Shown here: positions 13,170 through 26,200 of the stretch, piece by piece
Layout: every line of letters starts with the position of its first letter
Position numbering within the stretch: the first letter of the stretch is position 1
Source of the DNA: Paramoeba atlantica
Taxonomy: Eukaryota; Protista; Discosea
Direction of reading: 5' to 3'
Length of the DNA stretch: 64,000 bases
Assembly: GCA_977017575.1 (NCBI GenBank)
Contig: CDRNVI010000164.1
Coordinates: 1-64,000 of the forward strand
Position numbers and translations under genes: made by a program
The notes under the pieces: generated by a model
The model's input: the letters and a program-made list of their open reading frames with translations, nothing else
What the model was told of the DNA's origin: nothing
Databases searched by the model: none

Positions 13170-16100
13170 CCAATATGGACAGAAAAAAGAGATTGATCTA
13201 TCACTCCAATTGTTGTTGGTCTGTACATTTTATGAGAGAGAGAAGAGAAAGAGAGAAAGAAAAAGAAAAGTGAAGAGACAAGATTGGTACATAACTTCCT
13301 TCTGTTGACTTTAATTGATCTCTGTTTTCTTTCCTTTTATTTTGAGAGAGAGAGAGAAAGAAGAAAAAAAAGAAAAGAGAAAAACAAAGATAAAGGAAAG
13401 AAAAAAATACCAATAGGTTTGAGAAAGTTCTTCAACTTTCAAATACTTTCTAAGCTTTTTTAATATATTTTTCACCTCTTTTAAATCAAAAAATTAGAAG
13501 AAAAGATGAAGAAAGAGAGAGAAAGACAAACAGAAAAGAAGAGAAAGGAAAGAAAAAAGAAAGAAAAGAAGAACCAACTAATCACACAATAACTGAGTTT
13601 AACACAAGTCATAATGGTAAAGTGATTAATCCCACAAAAAATCACTTTTGCTTCAAAGAAATTTTTTCAATTGAAACAAACCTTTGAGAAAGAGAAAAGG
13701 GAAAGAGAGAGAAGAAAAATAAATTTAAATCAAATGATTCAAGGAAGAAAAAAATGAGTAGAAAAAAAAAAGAAAAAATGGAAAAAAATAAATGGAGCAA
13801 CAAAACTTCAACAAGTTCAATTAACTGTTCCAACAAATTCTCTCTTTATTCAATAGAAGTTCAAAAAAATAAAAAGAGAGAAAAGAGAGAGAAAGAAAAA
13901 GAGAGAAAGAAAGAGAGAAGAGAGAAGAGAGAAAAGAGAGAAAAGAGAGAAAAGAGAGAAAAGAGAAACCAGAGTAACAGTTTGTTGATAGAAAATTTCA
14001 GAAGCAATAGGTATTGAAAGATCATTCAAATGAATTGTTATATTCTTAATATCTTTATCCTATTTTATTTTTTATTAGAGAGAGAGAAGAAGAGAGAGAA
14101 GAAGAGAAAGAAGAAGAGAGAGAAACCTTCTCTTTTGTTAATCAACTCACAAGTTGGTAAAGAGAAATAAGAAACAATATCTCTAAATAAACAACATTTA
14201 TTTGTTCAGAAAAAGAGGGAAAAACAAGAAGGAATAGTATTGAAAGAGGGAGAAAGAAGGAGAAAAAGAAGGAGAGGTTTCAGCAAATTCACTCTCTATT
14301 CAATAAAAGTTCAGAAAAATAAAAAGAGAGAAAAGAGAAAAGAGAGAAAAGAGAAACCAGAGTAATGGTCTGTCAACAGAGAATTTCAGAGGCAATAAAC
14401 ATTGAAAAATCATTAAAACAAATTGTTATATTCTTAATATCTTTATTCTATTTTATTTTTTTATTAGAGAAAGAGAAGAGAGAAGAGGAGAAGAGAAGAG
14501 AAGAGAGAAGAGAAGAGAAAGAAGAAGAGAAAGAAGAAGAGAGAGAAACCTTCTCTTTTATTAACCAACTTACAAGTTGGCAAGAAGAAATAAGAGACAA
14601 TATCTTTGAATAAACAACATTCATTTGTTCAACCAATCCTTAAATATTTCATTCTTTTTTCTGATAAAAGAGAAGAGAGAAGATAAGAACAAAAAAGAAA
14701 GAAAAGAAAAGAAAAAAGAAAAAAGAAAAAAAGAAAATACAAAATACAAAAAGAAATTATGTTCTATTTTGGGTTTAAGAAAAGTAAAATCAATAAAAAT
14801 AATAATAAGAGGAACAAAAACAGAAAGGAAAGAGATGAGAAAAAAGAAAAAGAAGAAAAAGAGAAAGAGAAAGAAAAGAGAAAAAGAAAAAAGAAAAAAG
14901 AAAGAAAAAAGAGAAAAAGAAAAAGACCAATAGAGACTTTTCTGTTTGGATTTGAGGAAAGAAGATTGATCTATCACCTCAATTATTGTTGGTCTGGACA
15001 TTTTATGAGAAAGAAAAAGAAAAAAAAGAAAGAAAGAAAAGAAAATAGAGAAAGAAAAGAAAGAAAGAAAAGAGAGAAAGAAAAGAGAGAAAGAAAAGAA
15101 AGAAAGAAAAGAAAAGAAGAAAAACAAAAAAGAGAAAGAAGAAGAGAAACAAATAAGGGAAAGAATTAGAATGAATTTCAAGTAATTTTGCTCTCTTTTT
15201 CTTCCTTCCTTCTCTTTCTCTTTCTCTCTTTCTCTCTTTCTCTCTTTCTCTCTTTCTCTCTTTCTCTCTTTCTCTCTTTCTCTCTCTCTTTTCTCTCTTT
15301 TCTCTCTCTTTTCTTTTCTTTCTTTCCCTCTTTCTTTCTGTTTTGTTTTTTTTCTCTTTTCTTTCTCTCTCTCCTTTTCTTTCTCTTTTTTTCCTTCTCT
15401 TTGAGAGAAAGAGAGAGAGAAGAAGAAAAAGAAAAGAGAAAAACAAAGATAAGGAAAGAAAAAATTACCAATAGGTTTGGGAAAGTTCTTCAACTTTCAA
15501 ATACTTTCTAAGCTTTTTCAATATATTTTTCGCCTCTTTTAAATCAAAAAATTAGAAGAAAAGATGAAGAAAGAGAGAGAAAGACAAACAGAAAAGAAGA
15601 GAAAGGAAAGAAAAAAGAAAGAAAAGAAGAACCAACTAATCACACAATAACTGAGTTTAACACAAGTCATAACAGCAGGGTGATGAATCCCATAAAAAAT
15701 CGCTTTTGCTCCAAAGAAATTTTTTAAATTGAAACAATCTTTGAGAAAGAGAAGAGAGAAAGGGAGAGAAGAGAAATAAATTTAAATCAATTGATTAAAG
15801 AAAGACAAAAATGAGTAGAAAAAAGAAGAAAAAATGGAAAAAAAAAATAAATGAAGCAACAAAACTTCAACAAGCCCAATTAACTGTTCCAACAAATTCG
15901 CTCTCTATTCAATAGAAGTTCAGAAAAATAAAAAGAGAGAAAAGAGAGAGAAAGAAAGAAAGAGAGAAGAGAGAAGAGAGAAGAGAGAAGAGAGAAGAGA
16001 GAAGAGAGAAGAGAAGAGAGAAAAGAGAGAGAAGAGAAACCAGAGTAATAGTCTGTCGACAGAAAATTTCAGAGGCAATAGACATTGAAAGATCATTCAA

Positions 16101-16630
16101 ATGAATTGTTATATTCTCAATATCTTTCTACTATTTTATTTTTTATTAGAGAGAGAGAGAGAAGAGAGAGAAGAGAGAGAAGAAGAGAAGAGAGAGAAGA
16201 GAGAGAAGAAGAGAGAGAAACCTTCTCTTTCATTAACCAACTCACAAGTTGGCAAGGAAAAATAAGACAACATCTCTGAATAAACAACATTCATTTGTTC
16301 AACCAACCCTTGAACATTCCATTCTTTTTTCTAATAAAAGAGAAGAGAGGAGATAAGGACAAAAAAAAAAGAAAAGAAAAGGAAAAAGGAAAGAAAAAAA
16401 GAAAAAAAGAAAAAATACAAAATACAAAAGGGAATTATGTTCCATTTCGGGTCTGAGAAAAGTAAAATCAATAAAAATAATAATAAGAGGAACAAAAACA
16501 GAAAAGAGAGAGGGGAGAGAAAAAAAAAAGAGAAAGAGAAAGAGAAAGAGAAAGAGACTAATAGGGACTTTTCTGTTTGGATTTGAGGAAAAAAAATTGC
16601 CAATTATTGTTGGTCTGTACATTTTATGAG
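13170..16630 (-). repeat. Tandem segmental duplications of exon-like blocks separated by GA microsatellites
   Basis: 13380-14200 matches 15435-16300; 14280-14620 is a third partial copy; 14620-15010 matches 16300-16630. Short complex islands (e.g. NLLEQLIGLVEVLLLH on the minus strand) recur. Confidence 0.85.
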
Positions 16631-17818
16631 AGAGAGAAGAGAAAATAAAGAAAGAAAAGAAAGAAAGAAAAGAAAGAAAGAAAAGAAAGAAAGAAAAGAA
16701 AGAAAGAAAAGAAAGAAAGAAAAGAGAAAACATCCAAAGAGTAAGAAGGATTACAAGAAGAATGAGGAGTCACAAATGTTGATTTTTGAGAAGAGACCAC
16801 AGAGAAGGGGAGAAGAAGAAGAAGAAGAACTTTCTGGTTTCTCTTTTTTTCTTGAGATGAAAAGAAGAGAGAAAGAGATAAAAGAAGAGAAAGGAAGAGA
16901 AAGAAGAACAGAAATGAAAAAGAGAAAGAATTAGAATGAATTTCAAGTAATTTTACTTTCTTTTTCTTCTTTCCTTCTCTTTTTCTTTCTCTCTTTCTCT
17001 CTTTCTCTTTCCCTCTTCTCTTTCTCTTCTCTTTTTCTTGAAAAAAATAAATAAATTACCTTGACCATTTACGAGAAGGAGGAGAAGCAAAAAGGAGGGA
17101 GAGAAGAGAGAGGGAGAGAAGAAGGAAAAGAGAGAGGAGCTTGTTTCTATTAAATAAATATTTAAATTAAAATTAAAATTAAAAAACAAAGGCAGAAGAG
17201 AAAGAAAAAGAAATGAGAGAGAAAAGAAAAGAAAAGAAAAGAAAAGAAAAGAAAAGAAAGAGAAAAAAACCAAAACGGAGAGAGAGAGAAACGAAAACAA
17301 AACAAAAAATTAATTCAAAAAATAGGTTTCTTTTTTTGAACCACACAAAAAGTGATGAGAATCGAGCAGTGTGTGGTTTTTTGTTTTTTGTTTTTGAAAT
17401 TCAAAAAAATTAGATTTCCTTTTAGTTTGTTAATTCTTATTCTTCTTCCTTTTTCTACTTGGTTTCAACTCCTTTTTTTACTTTTTTTTTCATCTGTCAA
17501 TTTGGAAGAGAAAAACATCTTCTTTCTTTTTGGTTCTGTTGGGAACCAAACAGAACCACTTCTTCTCTTCTCTTGCTCCAACCCCTCTGATCTCTGTCTT
17601 TCTTTCTTCAAGCAAGATTTGGATTTTTCCTTGTTTGTCTGTTTTGACTTTGCAGATGGTCCTTTGGAGATGATTCACTAAAACACTTCAAAAGCAGCCT
17701 GTCTTTGCTGCTCTGTGGAGTCACAAATAAAATTATTTCTTATTTTTCTCAACAAATCAATTTGATTTCAATAGATAAAAGAGTTCTTTTGCTCAGTCCA
17801 CTTTCACGTTTATTTATA

Positions 17819-18370
17819 ATGTCGATCAAAACTGAGATTCTCAGGCTCGCCCAGACTAACTACTCTATATGGAAGAGTGCTGTCCACACACACACAAATC
17901 CATGCTGCAAATGGCTGGCATTACATCAGCAAGAACATTGAACCTAACACTGTTGATGGTCCTGAAAACATCAAGTCATATTGGACAGCAGCCTTGCTCA
18001 TAACATCCTCTGTTTCAAGTGAGTTGGCATATCTGGTCACTACCGAAAGTGATGAAAGCTAATACAATCCGTCAGTTTCCTGGGCGCACATCCTGTGAAG
18101 AAAGTCAAAGCGATCTGTACCGATAGTTCTAAAGAGTACAACACTTGGAGGTTATGTTCTTATTTGGATAGAAGAGGTATTCAGAAGGAGACACCTGTGC
18201 CCTACTATCAATGTAAAGGAAGAAGTTTGAAAGCAAGGCGCAACAATATGCATTTTTCTTGGGATTGCATCAGAACACACACAGCGGATATCTTCTTCGT
18301 CCAATCAATAAGGAGGGAAAGACATCATCACCCAAGATGCTCATTTTCGAGAAACAATCTTTCCAAAACT
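17819..18370 (+). mobile_element. Internally deleted Ty1/copia fragment (gag start, integrase core piece, SH3-like piece)
   Basis: MSIKTEILRLAQTNYSIWKS (gag-like), VKAICTDSSKEY...RGIQKETPVPY (integrase) and KFESKAQQYAFFLG...IITQDAHFRETIFP (SH3-like) are compressed into about 550 bp. No LTR pair seen. Confidence 0.75.
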
Positions 18371-18889
18371 TGAACCTCAATTTCTAATTTCACTCAAGCT
18401 CTCACTTTTCAACAGGTTTATATCTGAACTGTAAACCAAACGAAAGTATGGTCTCACCTTTGATTATTCTGAAGCAAAAAGAAGAGGAAGAGGAAGAAGA
18501 AAAGACTATCAGAGGATGAAGAAACTGAGAGTGACACACCTCCTGGTACACTGCTGTTACAATCCGATCTTGTGATTGCAGGGAAGAATATATTTGATGA
18601 GGGTGATGAAGAAACCAATCACAATCCTGAGCCTAAAACAACTTTCCACCAGTTCGGAGAAGTTCGAGAGTAGTTCCTGTGCCAAACCATCATTACCCCC
18701 TTGATCTCATCTCTGAGATCACAAAGCCCCTGAGCCAAAATCCTTCAAACAAGCAATTGCATGGTGTAATGAAATGATTGAAACCAACAATTACCATACT
18801 TTTCGTTCGCTCTTTTCACTAAATCGAAGAAAAAACTCATTCTGATTTAATCCAAACAGCATCCTCATTTTGTTCCGAATTATCAATCA

Positions 18890-21140
18890 CCTCTTCAAAA
18901 AAACAAACTCACTCACCATTGGAAGACTTTTGTGAGAAAATCTTCTCTTTTCCACCCTGCTGAATGAAAAAGAAACCAACAAGTTTTTTCTATATTTGTG
19001 GTTTTTCCTTGTTTGTAATTGTTTGACTTCGGCAATTGCAGAACTGCCCCAATAATGTGAAGAGAATTTATTTTTGTAGTTTTTTCTTTGAGTCAAATTA
19101 TTTGAAAGAGAAAGACATGTTGCCAAAAAAGATTTATCACATCCTTGAAAGTAGTTGAAGTTGAAAGAAGGAAAGGGTTATTTTATTCCAAAGTCTCGAC
19201 TTTTCGACTTTCATCTTGATAATGTTCAACAAGATCTTCGACTGCTTTGATTAGATAAGTCACCACCCGGAAACCATGGATACTTTCTTGAAAAACATCA
19301 TTCTCTTGAAAAACTGTGCCGTGACACTTCTGAAATTGGTGGAATACAAGACAGAGAAAGTTAGGATGCATAGTTTGAATTCGTGCCCCCCTTCCACCAT
19401 TCTGATGCTGGAAACAAACCAAATCATTTTGTGGTAATGGATGATCACGATCACAATCTTTAATATTTGGTTCAACAAAACAGGAATAATACATCAATAA
19501 ACCTGAGTTGTAAATTGGATCTTCTGAAGATCATCCACATGAAGGCTAGAACCTCCATTCTTGGCCAATTTCTTGTATTCTTCTGATGGTCGGATCAGGT
19601 TCGAGACAGTCACTAAGACAGTCACTGAGAGAACAAAAAAGAAGAAGAAGAAGAAAAGAACAGGAGAAGAATTAATTCTGAAAGAAGAAAAGGAGCCAAG
19701 ACAAGGAAAAGGGGAGTGTCAGGAGGAGACGTTTAATGAGATGAAGAAGAAGGGAGTGTTGAATTTTGTCTTTGTTTTCGAGCAAGCTTCTGGTGCACTG
19801 CATCCTTTTTCGACCTCTCTCTCTTTTCTGATTCTGACTCGTTTTCTTTTCTCTTGATACCTTCTTTGCTTTTCTCTTCGTTTTTTTTTCTTTCCTCATT
19901 ATTTGTTGCCTGTTTGAAAAGAAAGTAATGAAACAAAGAAGCCAAGAGAGAGAACCTTTGACCAAGGAGTCGCAGTTGCATCAGCAACTCCAGGGCGAAA
20001 ATAAAAAACTGGATTAAGAAAGAAAGAGAGAAGAAAGAGAAGAAGGAAAGAAAAAGGAGGAGAGAAAAATTATTATTTGAAAAAGAAAGAGAGAGAAGAG
20101 AAAAAGAGAAAAAGAGAATAGAGAGGAGAGAGAAAAGAAAGAAAAGAGAGAGAAAAAGAAGAAGAGAGAGAGAAAAGAGAGAGAGAGAAAAAAGAGAGAG
20201 AGAAAAGAGAGAGAGAGAGAAAAGAGAGAGAAAAGAGAGAAAACCATCAATTTGAGTCCCAGAACCACAAAAAAGAGGAAAAATTTTTTGAATTCCACAG
20301 GAAATTCTTCTTCAAAAAGTTGATTTGATAAAAAGTGAGAAAGAGAAGAGAAAGCAAAAGAAGAGAAAGAGAAAGAGAGAAGTGAAAAGAAAAGAGAGAG
20401 AGAGAGAAGTGGAGAGAGAAAACCTTTTCTCTTGCTTCATTCGTATTTGTTGATTGTTTTGGGCATGACATCCTTGCTCCTAAGAAAGAGAGAGAGAGAG
20501 AAGAGAGAAGAGAAGAGAGAAGTGGAGAAGAGGAGAGAAAATTTTATTGAGAAGGAAAAAGAGAAAGAGAGAAAGAGAGAAAGAGAGAAGAGAGAGAGAG
20601 AAAAGAAAAGAGAAAGAGAGAAAGAGAGAAAGAGAGAAGAGAGAAGAGAAAGAGAAGAGAGAAAGAGAAGAGAGAAAGAGAAGAGAGAAAAGAAACCTCC
20701 TCTCATATCTAAAGGTGAATTTCTCTTTTTTGGTGATTTTCTATTTATTTGAATGAGAAAGAGAAAAGAGAGAAAAGAGAGAGAGAAAGAGAGAGAGAGA
20801 GAGGAAGAGAAAGAAAAGAGAAAGAAAAGAGAAAGAAAGAGAGAGAGAGAAGAGAGAAGAGAGAAAGAGAGAAAAAGAAAACGAACAAATTTGTTGTGAC
20901 TTTTCTCATTATTTGTTGCCTGTTTGAAAGGAAAGTAATGAGACAAAGAAGCCAAGAGAGAGAGAACCTGGGATGATGAGGGTTGTTGTTGTAACCTTGA
21001 GGACTTCCGGGGAGGTAAAGAAGGGAGAGGTTGGTTTCTTTTTTTGTTGTACCAATGCTTTTGGTACACGCATTGCTTTTCCTTCCTTTCTTGTTTTTCA
21101 GTTTCTGTCAGTCTTGCGAGTTTGTCTCTGTATCTTTCCA
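18890..21140 (-). pseudogene. Multi-exon gene relic of unknown product, with an internal exon duplication
   Basis: Complex islands such as MERYRDKLARLTETEKQ...WYNKKR are separated by TC-rich introns. A 63-bp exon piece is duplicated at 19895-19957 and 20905-20969. The reading frame is ambiguous. Confidence 0.4.
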
Positions 21141-21229
21141 TGGAAAAAGAGAGAACAGAATTCACATGATTTTCACGTTTCTTTTTTGGAAAATCGCGTC
21201 GGAAGAGTTTGAAAAAACTCTCATTTTTT

Positions 21230-22229
21230 CTTTTTTTTTTTTTGTTTTGTTTTGAGATGAAAAAGATTTTTATTCGAAAAAGATGGTCATAAGAGTAGGG
21301 AATGGTTGCACATTTGGCAGAATATCTCACCCAGTGAGAGGAGGAACTGCAGAAAAAGGGGGTAGTACATGTGGAAAAGAAGAGGGGGGAATGGAAATGT
21401 CATTTAGATTGAGAAATGATGAGAAGCACAGAGAATGATGGGTCAAAAGGGGGTTGCTGGGTTTTAGATTTTCCTGTATGCTCATCATGTGGTTTGCCAT
21501 TGCTTTCATTAGTGCAGCTGAAATCTTCTTCTTTGCTGTTCTCAAGAAGAGGGAGAGGGGGTTGGCATCTAGAACCCGGTCATTTTGGAGGGCAATTGAG
21601 GCAAGGGACCGTAGGAGTGCACTAATGTCAGGGGATATTCCACCACCTGAGGATGAAGATGCTGGAAGGAAGATGACTTCACCTTGGAGATCGGAAAGAG
21701 TTATTTGTTTAAAGGTCCATTTCTCCTCAGGGGTGTCTCTGTCCCTTCCTGCATTAAAGTCTGTTTCAGTCAGATGTCTGTCCACATATTCTCTGCGTTT
21801 TATGATCCTGGCATGGTGTGCAGGTGAGAGGGTGTTGAGTGTGGGGTCAGAGTAGGTTTTGGTGGGTGTTTGGATCACACAACAAAAGCGGGGGGTTATG
21901 TGGGTTGACACAACTCGAACATTAATACACAGATCCTGGTCCCCTTGCCACTCACGGATTGTAAGATCAGGTTGCTTGTGTGACTTCCCAATTGGCCAGT
22001 AGGCTCCATCTTGGATTGTTGTTTTTCCTGCCCAGTTGGCAATGTTCTTGAGTTCATCACGGAGAGCATGGTGTCTTCTTGTGGTTCCTCTTCCACGACT
22101 GGTGCAGTCTGAGAGGTGGAGGAAGGATGCAGCACAGAGTTCTTTTTCACAAAATCCACACTTGACAGTCCCAAGTTCACAGAGAGCCCCAAGGTGTGGG
22201 TCAACGATGTCAAGCCTACGTCGGTAGGC
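21230..22229 (-). mobile_element. 5'-truncated non-LTR retrotransposon with restriction-like endonuclease (CRE/R2-like)
   Basis: One open frame 22229-21327: CGFC...HLSDC zinc knuckle, RHHALRDEL, QPDLTIREWQGDQDLCINVRV, IIKRREY, VIFLPASSSSGGG...ISAALMKAMA. An AATAAA and an A-rich tail follow near 21230-21275. Confidence 0.8.
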
Positions 22230-23243
22230 TTTTTTATTCTTTTTTTATTCTTTTTTTTTCTTTTTTTTTTTTTTTTCTTTTTTTTTCTTTTTTTTTCTTT
22301 TCTTTTTTTCTTTTCTTTTCTTTTTCTTTTTCTCTTTTTTTCTCTTTCCTTTTTGTCATTTTTATTCATATCTGATTTTCTGAAACAGATTTACCTTTGC
22401 ATTGTCTGGTGTTTTCCTTTCTGCAGAATCAAATTGCTGAATGTAATTTATCTTTCTCGAATGTCTTTATTAATTTAAATTAATAAAGAATTATTTTCTC
22501 TCTATATCTCTTTCTTTCTCTTCAAAAAAGAAGAGGAATTTGAAGAAGAATGTTGTCGAGCTGGCTTCTGTGTTTCTTTTGAATCCTTTCCAAGTTGATT
22601 AAGATTGTTTCAAAAATTCTCAAAAAGGCCAGTTCAGTTTTTTCTGCAATTCAAAAAAGGATTATTTGCTTTTTTTTTTAGCCTATTCTACTCTCAAAAT
22701 CAGTTTATTTGTCAAAGGACCCTATTTCTGTCGAAATAGGGAATTTGTTGTTGAAAATTTGTTGAAAATTTGTTGAAAATTTGTTGTGTATTTTTCACAA
22801 CAAAAGAATTTGATTTCAAGTATGGTACACTACTCTCATATGTGAGAGAATAACAAGAAAAGAAACAAGAAGAAACTTTGAAGAGAATAAGTTTATTTGT
22901 ATTAGCAAACAGATTTTGTGAGAAAGAAGGAGTGAGAAAAAACAGCAAAAAAGAAAAGAATGTTTCGAACAGAAATGAAAGAAATATGAAATGAAAGAAG
23001 AAAGAAGAAGAAGATAGAGAAAATAGAGAAAATGCCAGTTGAGGAAAGGAAGCTGGATCATTTGGTGAAGGAAAGATGATAGAATCGTAAAACTGGGAAG
23101 AGGAAAGAAAAAAATTAAATTCTTCAAAGAAATAGAGAAAAGGAGAAAAAGAAAAGGAGAAAAAAGAAGAACAAACAAAATAGAGAAAAAAACCTCTCTC
23201 TCTCACTCCTCACTCTTTCAAAGTTTAAAAGATTCAAAAACAC

Positions 23244-26200
23244 TCATTCAAAATCTTCAAAATCTTCAAAATCATCAAAATCATCAAAATCATCATTCTC
23301 TGTTGTTGTATCATCATCATCATCATCATCATCATCACTCTTTGATGAGGAGATCTCATCGTCATCAACCAGAAGGAGGAGAGAAGATGAAGAAAGAGGA
23401 GAGTGGTTAGGATTTCTTTGGGTGGTCTTGTTCTTTTGTAAACAATGATGAGGGAATAAGTTGGTGTTGGTTTGTTGTTGTTGTTGTTGTGATTTTTTAA
23501 AGTGAAAATTTTGTTGTGGTTCATGTGGTTCAACATAAATAAAAGAAGGAGGAGGAGAATCCTTCTCCTCCTCCTCCTTTTTTTTTAAAGGATTTTGTTT
23601 CTTCTTTCTCTTTGGTTGTGATGAAGATGAAGATGGTGGTTGCTGATTGGCAATCCTCATTGAGGAGAGGTGGTGAGTTGGTAGTGGTGGTAGTAGGAGT
23701 GAGGAGGATTGTTGCTCGGAAGAATAAGAAGAAGAAGAAGAAGAAGGAATGATGTTTTGTTGTGAAGTACAAAGAGGAGGTCGAGGAGGTCGAGGAGGTC
23801 GAGGAGGTTGAGGAGGTTGAGGAGGTCGAGGAGGATATTGGAGCTGGTGTTGTCGTTGTGGCAATAATTGTCTGACTCTTTTTGTTCTTAATTTTGTTGT
23901 TGTTTTCTTCTTCTTCTGTAGTTTCTCCCTTTCAAACTCTTTTCTCTTTGTCTGGGGCAAACAAAACCAAATTGCTTTTTCGAATAATACGTTCCACCCC
24001 TCCCAATGTTCTTCTTCTTCTTTTGCACTATTATCTTTATCCCAGCAGCTGCTTCGCAAAAGGTATTGCACAAAGTTTTTCCATGTAGGAAATTCATTGT
24101 CATCTCTTCGAAAAAAACTTTCCCCACTAATGAGAGCCCACAATAAATCATAATAGAGTTCCTCTTTTGTGAAAAAAGCTTTTGTTTGTCCTCCATTTGG
24201 TCTTCTTGCGCAATATTTAGAGAAGTTTTTTGAATGATGAAAGATGTTCAAATGATCAATAAAGTATTTTACAATCTTTTGAACTTGTGTCATTTCAAAA
24301 ATTCGAAGTTGGAGTGAGGGTGAAAGGTCAGCTGGCCCAATATCAACACTCAAGAGAAGTTCTTTTTGGAACAAAGAAGCAGAAGAATCAGAAGAACCAG
24401 GAGGAAAACAAGAAGAAGAAGAAGAAGAAGACTGAGGAGAAGAAGAATGCTGAAAAGAAGAACACTGAGAAGAAGGACTGAAACAATCAGAAGTCAGAGA
24501 ACAAGAAGAATCAAAAGAAGAATCAGAAGAATCAGAAGAATTAGAAGAATAATCAGCAGAAGAACAAGAAGAAGAATGAGAAGAAAAAGAAGAATGAGAA
24601 GAAGAAGAAGAAGAACGAGAAGAAGAAGAAGAACAAGAACAAGAAGAAGAACGAGAAGAAGAAAAAGAATGAGAAGAAGAAGAAGAACGAGAAGAATCAG
24701 AAGAACAAGGATATCCTTGTGAAGAACCAAGTCGTTGAGAAGAACCAAGTCGTTGAGAAGAACAAGAAGAAGAACCAAGTTGAGAAGAACCAAGTTGTTG
24801 AGAATTACTTTTTGCAAAAGAACCTTCTTTTTCTTCTTCTAAATGCTCAACATCCAATTGTTGTTGTTGGAGATGTAACACAAAATGGGATATCAAATGT
24901 GCATCAGAAAAAAGAAGAAAAAATTCTTTCTTTTTTTGAAAAAAAGATAAGAAACGAGAAAATTGTTGAGGAAGACAAGAAGAAGTTGATGAAGAAGTCA
25001 AAAAAGACTTTTCAATCAAAGAGAGAAGAGCATCATGATGTTCTTGAGAAGGTGGTCTTTGACAAAGACCAAAAGAAGAGGTCTCTTCACAAAAAACACA
25101 AGAATACACTGTGTGATGAGAAGGAGGAGGATCCTTCTTGGAGAGGTCACCATTATCACTACACCCATCACCACACCCATCACCACACCCATCATCACCA
25201 CCATCACCTTTTTTTTTCATCTGTTGGAGCTGTTGTGATGAAAAAAAAGGTTCAAAAAACTCCTTCTTAAATCCAACAAATTCCTCCTCTCCACCAATCC
25301 AAAGTGGAAGAGAGCTACTTCCAAATCCTTTCCCACTTCTTTTCATACGAGTCAGTTGGCCTCCCAAAAATTTGTGACAGTATCCAAAACTGTTAATCAA
25401 ATCTCGGTAAAGAGCTTGTTGATCCGTGGACAAAGGTTTTGTATCTCGCCCAAAAAAAAGTCCTCCAAAATTAAATTCTTGTGTTGGGGCCCAATGAGAA
25501 AGAAAGAGAAGATCTTGCAAATGCTGAATATAAATCTTTTGCGGGATACAAAAGATTTGATCATGATTACGAATAAAGTCAATCATCTGAAGAGAAGAAG
25601 AAGAAGAAGGAGAAGGTGGTCGAAGAGAAAGTGCCTCAAAAAGACTTTGTAGTTTTAATAATTGATTTCTTTTAATAAAAGACAAACTTTCATTAAAACT
25701 CACACCAAAAATTCGAATTTCAATCCGTACCCCACCTAGACAACCATCACCATCACCACCTCCGCCCTCCCCTCCTCTCCTCCTACCATTAACAATCTTT
25801 TCAAATTTAAAGAGTAATTTCTGAAAAGATTTTTCCCGTTGGCGCAGTGCTCCAACTGTCTTTGGCATTTCACTCCACCGAATTTTCGAGAAATTGGTCA
25901 AAAAATGGAGAATTGGTGAATAAATCTTCACCATTGCCCATTTCTCACCCAACAAAAGAAATGGTTTCGTTCGAGACCCAAAGGTCAAAGTTCCAATTGG
26001 ACACTCCTCTTTGAGAATTTCTTTGAAAAAAAGAAATCCTTCAGTTGTACCACTGCTAACATCACCTTTTTCTCCTCCTTCACCTTCTCTCCCTTCTCCT
26101 CCCCCAACAAGAGGAGGAGCTTCTTCTTCTTCTTCTTGTTCCTCTTCATCATACTTATTGTCATTATCCTTCTTCTCACTTCTTCTTCTCTTCCTCACTA

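Noticed and set aside
19183-19497. Paralogy of this ORF to the MTase-like exon via a shared EPN.K motif
   Set aside because: The motif falls inside a probable 45-nt GT-AG intron and the remaining similarity is negligible.
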